Source of the DNA: Octopus bimaculoides
Lineage: Eukaryota
DNA: 64,000 bases
Assembly: GCF_001194135.2 (NCBI RefSeq)
Contig: NC_068984.1
Coordinates: 10,591,435 to 10,655,434, forward strand
Reading direction: 5' to 3'
The first letter of the stretch is position 1. Each line of letters opens with the position of its first letter. Positions 25,796 through 38,030 of this stretch are shown here, in pieces. The position numbers and the translations under genes are program-made. Below the pieces are notes generated by a model. The model saw nothing but the letters and a program-made list of their open reading frames with translations, searched no databases and was not told the origin of the DNA.

Positions 25796-26009
25796 ACCAC
25801 TAATACTCTATGAAAGCCAGGCAAGCAACTCAAGATGGTACTTTACCCTTTACCTATCAACCAAAGTACTCTATCCCAATGCAAGAACTTCGCATCTTGT
25901 CTTTATTCAAAGAAAAATATCTACAGACCAGATTCTGTAAGCAATCATTCCATTCTCTGCCAATCTATTGCAAACTGTTTCTAATATTATTATGTGGTCG
26001 TCAAGGTAA

Positions 26010-26648
26010 TGACAAGAGACAGACCTCTGGAGATATGCTGTGATTGAAAAAGTGAGATCGCAGCCATAGCCTATACCAATGTCGCATAACCAACCCATTT
26101 AAAAAGTACCTTTGAATTGTCGGGTGACATGCCATGCTTGAGGGGACCTATTGAGTCAAGTAAAATCAAAATCAAATCAAATCAAATCAAATCACAATTA
26201 AATGGAAATTGTAGTTGTGGCCGATGCCAGTGCCAACTGACTGGCTTCCGTGCTGGTGGCATGCAGTAAGCACCATTCATGCATGGGTCATTGCCAGTAC
26301 TGCCCGACTGGCTTGCCGTGCCAGTGGAACGTAAAAAGCACCATCTGAACGTGGTCAATGCCAGCCACCCCCCGACCCCGACTGACTCCTGTGCCGGTAG
26401 CACGTAAAAAGCACCATTCAAATGCGGCTGATGCCAGTGCTGCCTGACTGGCTCCCATGCCGGTGGCATGTAAAAAGCACTCACTACACTCTCAGAGTGG
26501 TTGGTGTTAGGAAGGGCATCCAGCTGTAAAAACTTTGCCAGACCAGCTTGGAGCCTGGTGCGGCCTCCTGGCTTGCCAGTCCTCAGTCAAACCGTCCAAC
26601 CCATGCCAGCATGGAAAACAGACATTAAACGATGATGATGATGATGAT
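26010..26648 (+). mobile_element. Family B: last RTE codons, 3' UTR with 4 VNTR units, complete (GAT)n tail
   Basis: gacctctggagatatgctgtgattga matches the ORF end at 48796-48850. Confidence 0.9.
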
Positions 26649-27120
26649 GAATAAATTATTATAATGTGCTTGACATGTAAAATAATAGTTCCATTTGTTT
26701 ACTAATTACAATACTCGTTACCTTGTAACCTCACTGACCTGTATAACGACTAACAAACATCGTTGACAGAAGCAGAATCAGCCGACCGACCCCTTCCCCC
26801 TATCCCATCCCACTATATCTATATTTACCTCTTCCATTAACTTAACTTACTAAAACATTGGATGCCATTCTTCATTTATATTTGTGACCATGTCTTCGAA
26901 ATTTCATTGATTTTTCTCTCTGATGATGTGTTAATTATTAGAATGTGTTGTGATTGCATGCACTGAAGTTGATTAAAATCGATAAATTAATTTTTGTTTT
27001 TTGTTTTTTTGTTTCTTTATTTATATTATGTTATTCAATTGTCTGGTTTGTTATTATTGTTATCATCATCATCATCATGATCATTATTAAAATCATCTCT
27101 ATCGTCATCACCATCATCAC

Positions 27121-27156
<36 letters not shown>

Positions 27157-27602
27157 TATCAGTAGTTGTTTGTTTGTTTAGTATATTTCTCTACCCCAAA
27201 ATTGAAGTTTCTGAATATTACTTATTGATTAGTATTTCCATGATAATTGTTTGTATTCTGTTATTTTATTTTATTCTATTTTATCATTTTTCTTTTTTGT
27301 GTGTGTTTGTGTATTTGTTTTTTTAAGTTGATGCAAATTATTCTGTGATGTATCACATTAGACTATGCTCTGCCGCAGTGTACAAAGGAATGGTATATTA
27401 TAAATTATAATACACATTTATAGTGTAATACATACCACATGATATCACACACTACACATCTCCACTACGTTCCACACTGCATCACATATTTGCTTCACAC
27501 TACACTACTCTAACTAATTAAAAGAGAATGCTCCTATGTGGTTGCTTGACCCAATAGTAATAAAAAAGCAAGTTAATTCCCTTGGATATCACTCTTTAGG
27601 TT

Positions 27603-27831
27603 TTAACTCTTTAGCATTCAGATTACTCTGTCAAATCTAATGCTTCATTATTCACATTGTTTTGAATTAATCATGTATTATCTTGTGGCTTTGAGATTTC
27701 AATGGTGTGATTGTTGTATTTTCTGAATGACATTGTAGGGCAGGTACGACAGATTGGATGTGGCTGGTTTGAATATAAAACAAATGTAATATTTGGGCCG
27801 GATATGGTCAGTTTAAATGTTAAAGTGTTAA
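27603..27831. mobile_element. piggyBac-like MITE (TTAA-bounded)
   Basis: ttaactctttagcattca ... taaatgttaaagtgttaa; partial inverted copy at 27904-28010. Confidence 0.75.
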
Positions 27832-28309
27832 AGGATAAAGAAATAACGTTGATCATTGCGATTCAGTGTGGACGGTCACCATCGTCAGCATCATCACCAC
27901 TGCTTAACTCTTTAGCATTTAAACTGGACATAACCAACCTAAATATTCTATGTTTTATGTTCAAGCCAGCTAGATCCAGCCTTTCACACTACCATACAAT
28001 GTCATTTTAAAAGGAAACAATGGGAGGGACACATGCACACACACACACACACGTGTGTGTGTATATATATATATATATATATGTGTGCAACCTTCGACAG
28101 AGTAACAGTTATATATACAACTTGAACAGACATACATATCAGTGCATAAACATAGGTTCACATGTACATACACATATATACACACAGACACGTCTACACA
28201 CTTCCATACCTGAATGCTCATATACATACATTAGTACATACGTACATACATGTGTATAGGCATGCACACATGCATACTCATGTACACATACATGCACACG
28301 TACATACAT

Positions 28310-28570
28310 ATGTCTGTCCTTGTTTGTCCCCTCTATGTTTAGCCCCTTGTGGGCATTAAAGAAATAAGAAACATTAGCACACCAGGAAAAACTACTTTGC
28401 AGCATTTCATCTGTCTTCGTGTTCTGAGTTCAAATACCACCAGGGTCCTTTGCTTTTCATCCTTCAGGGGCGATAAAATGAGCACTACTTGAGCACTGGG
28501 GTCAACTTAACTCACTTAGCCCCTCCTCCAAAATTTCTGGCCTTGTGACAAAATTTTGAAACCATTACTT
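28310..28570 (+). mobile_element. SINE family C pieces (Nin/Deu-like domain gcctttcatcctt..ggggtcgataaa..agtacc)
   Basis: Similarity to 30936, 54476 and 60506 copies; domain name from recollection. Confidence 0.65.
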
Positions 28571-28629
28571 TGAAAATGATGAAGAATTTAGTAAGATAAC
28601 TGCCATTTTTTAAGCTGATATCTGTTAAA

Positions 28630-28660
<31 letters not shown>

Positions 28661-29589
28661 AACACATGTTATATAGATTAACATGAAATTCAAATGGAAG
28701 ATTTTTATTCAGATCCCCTTAAACCAAAGTGTGGTCTCAGGTGAGTTGATATCAAAGGAGCTAAATATATAAATCCCCAAAACGGAATATGGTCATAGCT
28801 TGATCAGTTTTAATCATAGAATTAATGGACCAGCACTAACCTGGGTCTAAAAAGCAACATTACCCTGTAAGATACAGCTATGTGATATCTGGTGATATCT
28901 GGATACATAATGCTTTGTATTTACATAATTTTGTTTTGTATTAGCATAATTTTATACATAATGATTTTGTGCTACCTTCTCAGAGATCCTCAGTAAAAAT
29001 ATGTTGTAGCCATTTGGTTGTGTATTTGAGATGTGTGTAATTTTACACACTTCAGTTAACCTGGCCATCTGGGATATACATCAGATCATTTGATGGTGTT
29101 GTCTGAATATAGGTTGATGTTAGTTCCTCAAGAGGTCTTTGAACTATTCATGTTTACATCTCTTCTCCTTTGTGTGTTTTTGTCATTAGACTGTGGCCAT
29201 GCTGGGGCACCACATTGAAGAATTTTTGTTGAATCAATTGACCTTGGTGCTTTTTCTTTTTAAATCTGGTAATTATTTTATTGGTGTATTTTGCTGAACC
29301 ACTATGTTACGGAGACATAAACAAAACAACACCAGTTGTCAAGCAATGGGTAGGGGACAAACACACACACACACACACACACAATGACAGACAGACACAT
29401 ACACACAATGACAGACACACACACACACAATGATAGACACACACATGGGTACCAGACTTAAAATAAGTTCTGGTGTTGATATGATTGACTAAACCCTTCT
29501 AAGCTCTGCCCCAGCATGGCCACGATCTAATGACTGAAACCAGTAACAGAACGAAAGAATATGTTTGCTTTGTCAGTACCGCCGGACTG

Positions 29590-30612
29590 GCCCTCGGAGT
29601 GGTTGGTGTTAGAAAGAGCATCCAGCTGTAGAAACTCTGCCAGATTAGATTGGAGAGCCTGGTGTAGCCATCTGGTTCACCAGTCCCCAGTCAAATCGTC
29701 TAACTCATGCTAGCATGGAAAGTGGATGTTAAACAACAATGATGATGATGATGATCTAGGAGTATTCACCAAAAACATCAACTACAACCAAGACTGATAT
29801 CTTTAATGGCCAGCTGCTCTTTCTACTCACATGTCTGCTGCCTTTCATAAATGGTAATAATATACAGTAACATCCAACAGAACCATTATCTTAAATTACA
29901 GGATCTTACTTTACTGTTATTACACAGCAAATTAGATTGAAAGTGACTGTGTAATCCTGACTGGCAGAGGCTTACAAAACCAGGGCTGTTTATGAGTTCA
30001 TTAGTCTTCTGCTAATAGTTGTTGTTGTTGATATTGTTTAGCTCCTAGCCAGCAATGACTGAGTAGACTTATGATTTAAGATCTTCCAACTTTGACCACC
30101 CTGTCATTTTTCAGATTAGTATATCATCATCATCGTCATCATTTAACATCCCATTTTCCATGCTAGCATGGGTTGGATGATTTGACAAGAACAAATGAGC
30201 CAGAGGGCTGCACCAAGTTCTGTTTCTGCCTTGGCTTGGTCTCTACAGCTGGATACCTTTTCTAATGCCAGTCACTTTACTTAGTGTACTCGTTGCTTTT
30301 TAAGTGGTACCAGCATCGGTGAGGTCACCAAGTACCCGCAAGATAAGATCTCCTCAAATGAGTTGCATATAGAATGGAGGGATAAAAAACTGTGATAGGG
30401 GGAGAACGTCTTTCCTTCTTTATGGCATTAAAATATGATAAAAAGCACCCACTACACTCTCGGAGTGGTTGGCATTAGGAAGGGCATCCAGCTGTAGAAA
30501 CATTGCCAGATCAGATTGGGGCCTGGTGCAGCCTCCTGGCTTTCCCGACGACCCCAGTTGAACCATCCAACCCATGCCAGCATGGAAAACGGACGTTAAA
30601 CAATGATGATAA
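29590..30612. mobile_element. Three family B tails in alternating orientation (+29590-29755, -30123-30420, +30440-30612)
   Basis: Each matches the family B tail. Confidence 0.85.
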
Positions 30613-30935
30613 TGAATTGGTACTTCTGTTTTTTATTGACCCCCAAAACAATGATAGGCATGGTTGACCTCAGTGGGATTTGAACTCAGGGTGCAGAGTC
30701 AGAACAGATATCACAAGGTGTTCTGTTTGAAGATCTAATGACTCTACCAGCTCATCACTGTCGTAGCGTTGGAGTGACTGAGGCTTTGTCAGTGAATTTG
30801 GAAGACAGAAACTGTACAGNNNNNNNNNNNNNNNNNNNNNNNNNNNNNNNNNNNNNNNNNNNNNNNNNNNNNNNNNNNNNNNNNNNNNNNNNNNNNNNNN
30901 NNNNNNNNNNNNNNNNNNNNNNNNNNNNNNNNNNN

Positions 30936-31130
30936 NTGCTTAGCGGTATTTCATCTGCCGTTACGTTCTGAGTTCAAATTCCGCCGAGATCGACTTTGCC
31001 TTTCATCCTTTCGGGGTCGATAAATTAAGTACCAGTTATGCACTGGGGTCGGTGTAATCGACTTAATCCCTTTGTCTGTCCTTGTTTGTCTCCTCTATGT
31101 TTAGCCCCTTGTGGGCAGTAAAGCAATAAG
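30936..31130 (+). mobile_element. SINE family C, young copy; 5' end in gap
   Basis: CpG-rich; near-identical to the reverse complement of 60506-60737. Confidence 0.85.
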
Positions 31131-31352
31131 AAACTGTACAGAAGCCTGTCATGTGTAAACATGTGAGAGAGAGAAAGTGTGTGTGTGTGTGTGTGTGTGT
31201 GCTATTTCAAGCAAACTGAGCAACAGTGAAGAGACTCCTTTATTGACTCAAGTTTATGAGAGTCAAAGTTCCTTCTCAATATAATATTAGTCTACTGGGT
31301 TTTTTTTAACTAACATACATTCATCACCTTAATATCCATTCTCTACACTTAC

Positions 31353-31432
31353 GTGGATTGAGACCATGAATAATGCAAAATCTTTGCAGTTGACCAACTC
31401 CTGTGTTTGGCCATGTTCTACTTTAAACCGCT
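31353..31432 (-). CDS. Candidate exon, product unknown (RFKVEHGQTQELVNCKDFALFMVSIH)
   Basis: Acceptor tattatataccacAG, donor GTAAGT, only one frame open. Confidence 0.3.
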
Positions 31433-32104
31433 CTGTGGTATATAATACAGAACTGTATCTATCAATATTATATTGTATCACATCACGTTATATATACTTT
31501 TGTTATGACCTGTTTGAAATGGTAGCCAAACATCGCTTAAATCACACTGAGACATGTTAGAAAACTGGAAGGGCACATTAGCATATGAAGTTCAGGACAC
31601 ACACCAAAAAAAAAAAAACAATGAAGAAAAACAGGGCAGTCATGGCTGAACACCTTTCAAGATATCTTCCTTATCAGATGCTCAACAACAACAGCAGCAC
31701 CACCAGCAGCAGCAGCTTGCTAATATTATTCAACATCACACTGTCTGTTTCCCAGATTATATTATTCTTTGACACACCTGCCACTCGACACTGCTGTTCC
31801 ACCACTGTACTGCTCTACCACTAAACTGTACCTGCACCAACAAACCTCTTATCTTACATTTTAAAAGAAGGCCATCCAGCTAACTGGCAAAGAATAGCTC
31901 CTCAGCACACTGTAACCACTAGCTATGCTACAGGTATGTTACAGGTATGTCTTCTGCTGGTGCTGGTGCTGGTGCTACTGTAACACAGTTGGTTGGAAAT
32001 GTGTATCACATTTTTCCATGTTCACCTGATATATCTGTTTCTCCTCTGCTTGCCAACTTTGTAATGTATCACACCCTATACTTGACACTAAACACATTTT
32101 CCCT

Positions 32105-32415
32105 AATCATTATTATAGGTAAATGTTTGGCTGTGTGGTTAAGAAGCTGGCTTCCCAGCCATATGGTTTTGGGTTCAGTCCTACTGTGCAACACCTTGGG
32201 CAAATATCTTTTACTATTATCCAAGCTGACCAAAAGCCTTGTCAGTGGATTTGGCAGATGAGAACTGAAAGGAGCACATTGTATACCAGATCCATCCACA
32301 AGGCTTTGGTCAACCTGGGTCTATGAAAGAAGACACTTGCCCAAGGTGCCACACAGTGGGACTGAACCAAAGATCACATGCTTAGGAAGCAAACCTCTTA
32401 ACCATACAGCCATGC
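32105..32415. mobile_element. Two SINE A heads in directly inverted arrangement
   Basis: + head 32105-32285 abuts - head 32290-32415. Confidence 0.8.
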
Positions 32416-33626
32416 TTTGTGGCTCTTAAACAACACAATTTATATCATAACATTTATATTAATTAAGCATTGTTATCAACATAAATCTAATGAAAATGGT
32501 GAGAATAATGGTAACGAATTTTTCTACCTAAAACAGCTTCCCTGTTGGAATCTCTGAAATTCCTCCTGGAATTCTGATTGAAGTGCTAAATGGTAAATGT
32601 AGTAGTAGCACTAAGCTCATAGAAAACTATAACAGTTTATCATTTAGTATAGAATTTATAGAATATTTGCAACAAATTACAGAATTTGGCAGAGAAGAAT
32701 CAGATAATTATTTACTATAGACAATCTGTGTAAAACTTCTATTATCTCTGTGATGATGAATGTGTATTTAGAGAAGGGGAGAGATGGAGAACTGTTTTGG
32801 TAAATGGGAATTAGGCGACCATATTTAGATTCTTAATTAGAATGTCTTCAATATGCTATTTGGGAAATATTATTAGGTGGGGATTGTACTTATCAAGTCT
32901 TTACATTTAGTTCAAATCCTGCCAGGAAGAACTTTTCCTTCCATGCTTCCAGGCTCTGTAAACTATGAAGCAGACATTCAGTGGAGTCAACTCAGTCGAG
33001 CTTGCCTGATTGCTTTAAATTTGTGGCTTTGTGCCAATATAAGGAATTACTATTGGTTGTAGTTAAATGGTAAAAATGCTAGTGAACCAGACTAAATGCT
33101 TTACACTTGTTGGCTTTTCCCCCTTCTAGATATTAATTGATTTTTTTGGGGGGTGGGGGTCAATAGAATAAATACCAGCCATGTACGGATGGTGATTTAA
33201 CCAACTAGATCTTTTCTATGGCCACATTACAATATAAGTAGTCATTACCCTTTTTCCCTAAATTCCTAGCCTTTTGCCAAAATTTGAAACAATTACTAAT
33301 GGGGTGGCATGCTGGCAGAATTGATGCTGTGCCAGAGAAAGTGTATAGTGGCATTTCTTGTGGCCCTATGGTTTTCAGTTCAAATTCCATTGAGGTCGAT
33401 TTTGCCATTCATCCTTTTTGGGGCTGATTAAAAAAAATCCCAATTGGACTGCTAGATTGGTGTAATCGACTTAGCACTAACCTCATAAGTTGCAGGCTTT
33501 GTGCCAAAATTTGAAACCTTTGCTCTTCGTCCTTTTGAGGTTAATGAAATTGGTGCCAAATAAACACTGAGGTTGATGTTATGGACTAGACCCCCCCTCC
33601 CCTAAGATTGCTGGCCTTGTGCCAGA

Positions 33627-33660
<34 letters not shown>

Positions 33661-34562
33661 GAATGAGTGAACTGGCAGAATCATTAGCACACCGAACAAT
33701 TAATTAATTAAGGGAAGACTAACACCTCAGATGTAGGAAAACATTCCTAAATTGAAGATGCTCTCACTCGGCGGGAATAAAACCCAAGCAAACCAAATAT
33801 GGCAGACATCAAGAACAATGTTAGTTCTATCAAAAAACATAATATTCAAATTTCCACATTATTTATTCATAACCTAATTCATCATCATCATCATCCAGTG
33901 TTTTAAATCTGGGTTTTGTCCCTGTTAATGGGGGTGGCTGGATTTACCTCAATGCCATATCAACCGAGGTAGGCAGGTGCAGCTCACCCCAACCTTTGGG
34001 CTGGCTGGTGCCCATTCTCCTTTGCTATCATGAGGTTTTTTTGGAGCTGGATTTTCTACGAGGAGCATGCCCTTGCTTACCCTCAACCTCAGTTTCTAGA
34101 CATGAATAGTCCCGAGACCAAGGCCTCCACCATGATTTTTAAGAAATGTGGTGGAAAACTAACTCAGGAAGGTAGGGATGCTACTCCCTGAGACCCCTTT
34201 TGGAGCTCCCTACCTAATTATAAATTCAAAATGGCCACCAGATGACCAACAAGGCAAACACACCCTTATTTTAGGTCAGTTTTTCTACCAAACTGTCAAA
34301 GATAATATGCTCTAACTTGGAATGCCAACAGATTGGGGGTACAGACTAGATGCTGAATCAAAGACATTGATAAAGTTGGCCTAGATTTCGTTGTGGGGGT
34401 CGCTCAAAAGAAGAAAGTGAACGTGGACTTCCACAAGATTTGAACTAAGACTGAAGAGAGCCAGAGGAAATGTTGCAAAGCTTTTTGTCAAATGCACTAG
34501 CAATTCTGCAAGCTTGCCACTCTAATAATGATCCTTTCTACTATAGGCACAAAGCCTGAAAA

Positions 34563-34960
34563 GTAAAACAAGGGAATCTAGCACCCCCACTCAGCTCAAA
34601 ACAATATCTGTATATCGCGATTTCCAGATTTATTTCCCTTCATCAGCACAGAATAATTGTTCAGCTAGAGGTGGCGCTGCCAAATTCCCGCTCGAAATAT
34701 ATAGTTTTCAAAGTGACAACTAGTCACTGATCTATAAATTAGAAAATTACTATTTTTTTAAATCACACAACAAGAGATATTCAGCAACAGTACTTTGGAA
34801 TAAAGATTATTTGCCAACATAACATAGCAGTCCTGGTTTAGGACGAATATTGCTGTAATTTAGCCCCAGGAGATATGTTATGTTGACAAATAATCTTTAC
34901 TCCAAAGTACTATTGCTGAATATCTCTCGTTGTGAGATTTACAAACAGTAATTTTCTAAA
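34563..34960 (-). mobile_element. Composite element: imperfect hairpin holding a hammerhead motif (34563-34710) plus an 87 bp-arm foldback (34739-34959)
   Basis: Both modules recur adjacent to each other at 15445-15759. Confidence 0.7.
34608..34651 (-). ncRNA. Minimal type I hammerhead ribozyme candidate
   Basis: Minus strand: ctgtg-CTGATGA-a-ggg-aaataaa-tct-g-GAAA-tcgcga-T-A-tacag; helix I ctgtg/tacag, helix II ggg/tct, palindromic helix III atcgcgat, AUA cleavage triplet. Confidence 0.65.
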
Positions 34961-35519
34961 GCAACACTAGTAGTAGTAATATCCTTTGTAATTTAAACTC
35001 GCTCGAGACTTCACTCAATCACCAAACAATGAGGAATGTCATTATAAAGATAAAAATGCAAAATAAAATACAAAACAACAGACAAACAAAATAACTCATT
35101 CTTATCTCTAATCGATAGTTATACCTGATCAGAGTTGTACCTGATTAAACATTTTAGTTGCTACCTCATAACATCACCACCGCTGCCACCACCACCGCCA
35201 TACTTTGACAATCTCAAAGCTTAAATTTTAGGAAATCCTCATTCCACCTATTTGTGTTTTATCTTTGATGTTGAGAGTAACCCGACACCTCGATGCCAGT
35301 GCCATTTCTAAGTTCAGGAAATCTTCTTCCTGTTTGCCATTAATTACTCTTACAGACACACCCGATCTCGTTAGTTAGTTTACTGAGGTGTAGTTTACAG
35401 CATGTCTTCGTGTATGAATCTAGTCCCACCCGTCACCACCTCCACCCTGCATGGTTTCAACATTTAATCTTGTTACCAGGAAAGGAAAAACTGAAATAAT
35501 GTAGATATCGTCACTAGAG

Positions 35520-35707
35520 TTATTATTTTCTGTAGATGCAGGCATGGCTGTGTGGTTAAGAAGTTTGCTTCCCAACCATGTGGTTCCAGGTTCAGTCCCA
35601 CTGAATGGCACATTGGGCAAATTAGTCGTAGGCTAACCAAAGCCTTATGTGTGGAATTGGTAGATGGAAACTGAAGAGGTTGGTCTTGTATATATATATA
35701 ATATGCA

Positions 35708-35770
<63 letters not shown>

Positions 35771-36040
35771 CATGTATGTTAGAAGTGGTGTACAGATATT
35801 GTATAATAAGTAAAAAGAGGCAGCTAGAATACAATATTGGATAATCCTTTATTAGCGCTTTCATTTGTTTATGAACGGTTTGACTGAGGACTGGTGGGCC
35901 AGAGGCTGCACCATGCTCAATCTGATCTCGCAAAGTTTCTACAACTGGGTGCCCTTTCTAATGCCAACCACTCCGAGAGTGTAGTGGGTGCTTTTACATG
36001 CCGCTGGCAAGAGGGCCAGTCAGGCGGTTCTGGCAACGAC
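35520..36040. mobile_element. SINE A head (+, 35520-35700) and family B tail (-, 35870-36040)
   Basis: Matches to other copies. Confidence 0.85.
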
Positions 36041-36087
36041 CATATATATATATATATATATATATATAAGAGCTTAGAAAATAGATA

Positions 36088-36283
36088 TTTTTGATATTAT
36101 TTATTCACCATTATACACGTTTCATTTGTTAATAGTAGTTATAAAATTGTACATGTAGGAGAAACCTGTACGATGTTCCCTATCAGACATTCTTCAGACA
36201 GGGAATCAAATAATACATGTACAATTTTGTAACTCCTATTAGCAAATGAAACACATGTAATGGTGAATAAATATTACCAAAAA
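36088..36283. repeat. Foldback element, about 70 bp arms
   Basis: Arms 36088-36157 and 36214-36283, roughly 85% complementary by eye; loop contains cctgt-CTGAAGA...acagg on the minus strand. Confidence 0.8.
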
Positions 36284-37235
36284 TAATTTTTTCCCAATCA
36301 CTTGTTTTGATATGTAATTATTCTGCAAAAAAAAAAAATATATATTCCAGTATTTTTAACTCTTATGTATACCTCGCACAAATATAACGTCCGCATATGA
36401 TCTTGGAGTACTGCAATAAGCAGACGTACTTCTGTAGAACAAGATAACCCTATCCACATAATACATATATGCTTTCAAAATATTATCATTTCATTTGACT
36501 TCATTATCATAATTTATGACTTGATGTCAGTATGAACTTGCCTCATTATCATAATTTATGTGACTTGATACCAGTACAAACTTGTCTGTCTTGACTCCAC
36601 CCATTGATTTGGAGTTGTTTGTTATATTTGACTTGAGCTGAAGATTTTGGTAACATGTATCGCTTTTGAGGATAATATGAAAAATATATATATGTGTGTT
36701 CTTGTCTTGACGGTACATGATAGGTCTAAACCAGCATCACCACCTCCATACATACAGTGTTCCTCATTGGCAGTCTTGCTTGTAGACATGTCCAGCCATG
36801 AGGAAATAGTACTCTGCTTGGAAATGGTTGAAGGTTGGAGACAGAAAGAGCATCCAGCTATAGAAAACCTGCCACAATGGTTTCTATCTGACCAATGCAA
36901 GCAAGAAAAAGTGGATATTTAAGAGGGATAGTGACCGGTGATTTTCTCCAACACTGTATGTACCGAATTTTATGTATTGATAAATAGGAATTACACTGAT
37001 TGGTTTTAATCTTGTATTGGAATTTCATCAATGATTGGTTACTCTCTCTGGCTATTTACAGAGACACTTTTTATAAGCCTTGTATTACTAAGGGCTTAGT
37101 GTGTAATATATATGCAAATCAGTTCATGTGATTCACCTGTGAGCACCTGGTTTGATTAATAAATTACTGCTGCATTAACAATGTTTTATGCAAAGTCAGA
37201 CTATTTATGTCTCAGCCTGTTACATACAGTGTTGG

Positions 37236-37281
<46 letters not shown>

Positions 37282-37291
37282 NNNNNNNNNN

Positions 37292-37620
37292 CAACCACAT
37301 GGTTCCGGGTTCAGTCCCACTGCGTGGCACCTTGGGCAAGTGTCTTCTACTATAGCCTCGCGCCGACCAAAGCCTTGTGAGTGGATTTGGTAGACGGAAA
37401 CTGAAAGAAGCCCATCATGTGTGTGTTTGTGTGCCTGTGTTTATCCCCACCTCCAACATCTCTTGACAACCGATGCTGGTGTGTTTACGTCCCTGTAACT
37501 TAGCGGTTCGGTAAAAGAGACCGATAGAATAAGTCCTGGGGTCGATTTGCTCGACTAAAAGCGGTGCTCCAGCATGGCTGCAGTCAAATGACTGAAACAA
37601 GTAACAGAGTAAAGAGTATA
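37292..37620 (+). mobile_element. SINE family A, young CpG-rich copy
   Basis: Collinear with 712-1112; 5' end in a 10-N gap. Confidence 0.9.
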
Positions 37621-37980
37621 TATATATATGTATATATATATATCTATCTATATATATATATATATATTCTGTGATACAGTATGAGGAGTTTACTGTACAT
37701 CACCATCATCATCATCAGGTACAGATTGTGTGATTAAGAAGGCCACTTCTCAACCATGTGACTTTTGGTTCAGTGCCATTGCACAACACCTTGCACTAAT
37801 GTCTTCTACTATAGTTCCATTGACCAATGCATTGTGAGTGGATTTGTAGATTTAGTAGATGGAAAGTGAAAGAAGCCCATTGTGTGTGTTTGGCATTAGG
37901 AAGGGCATCGAGCTATAGAAACCATGCCTGGTGCAACCCCTAAGCTTGTCAGCATGGACAATGGATGTTAAATGATATCA

Positions 37981-38030
<50 letters not shown>

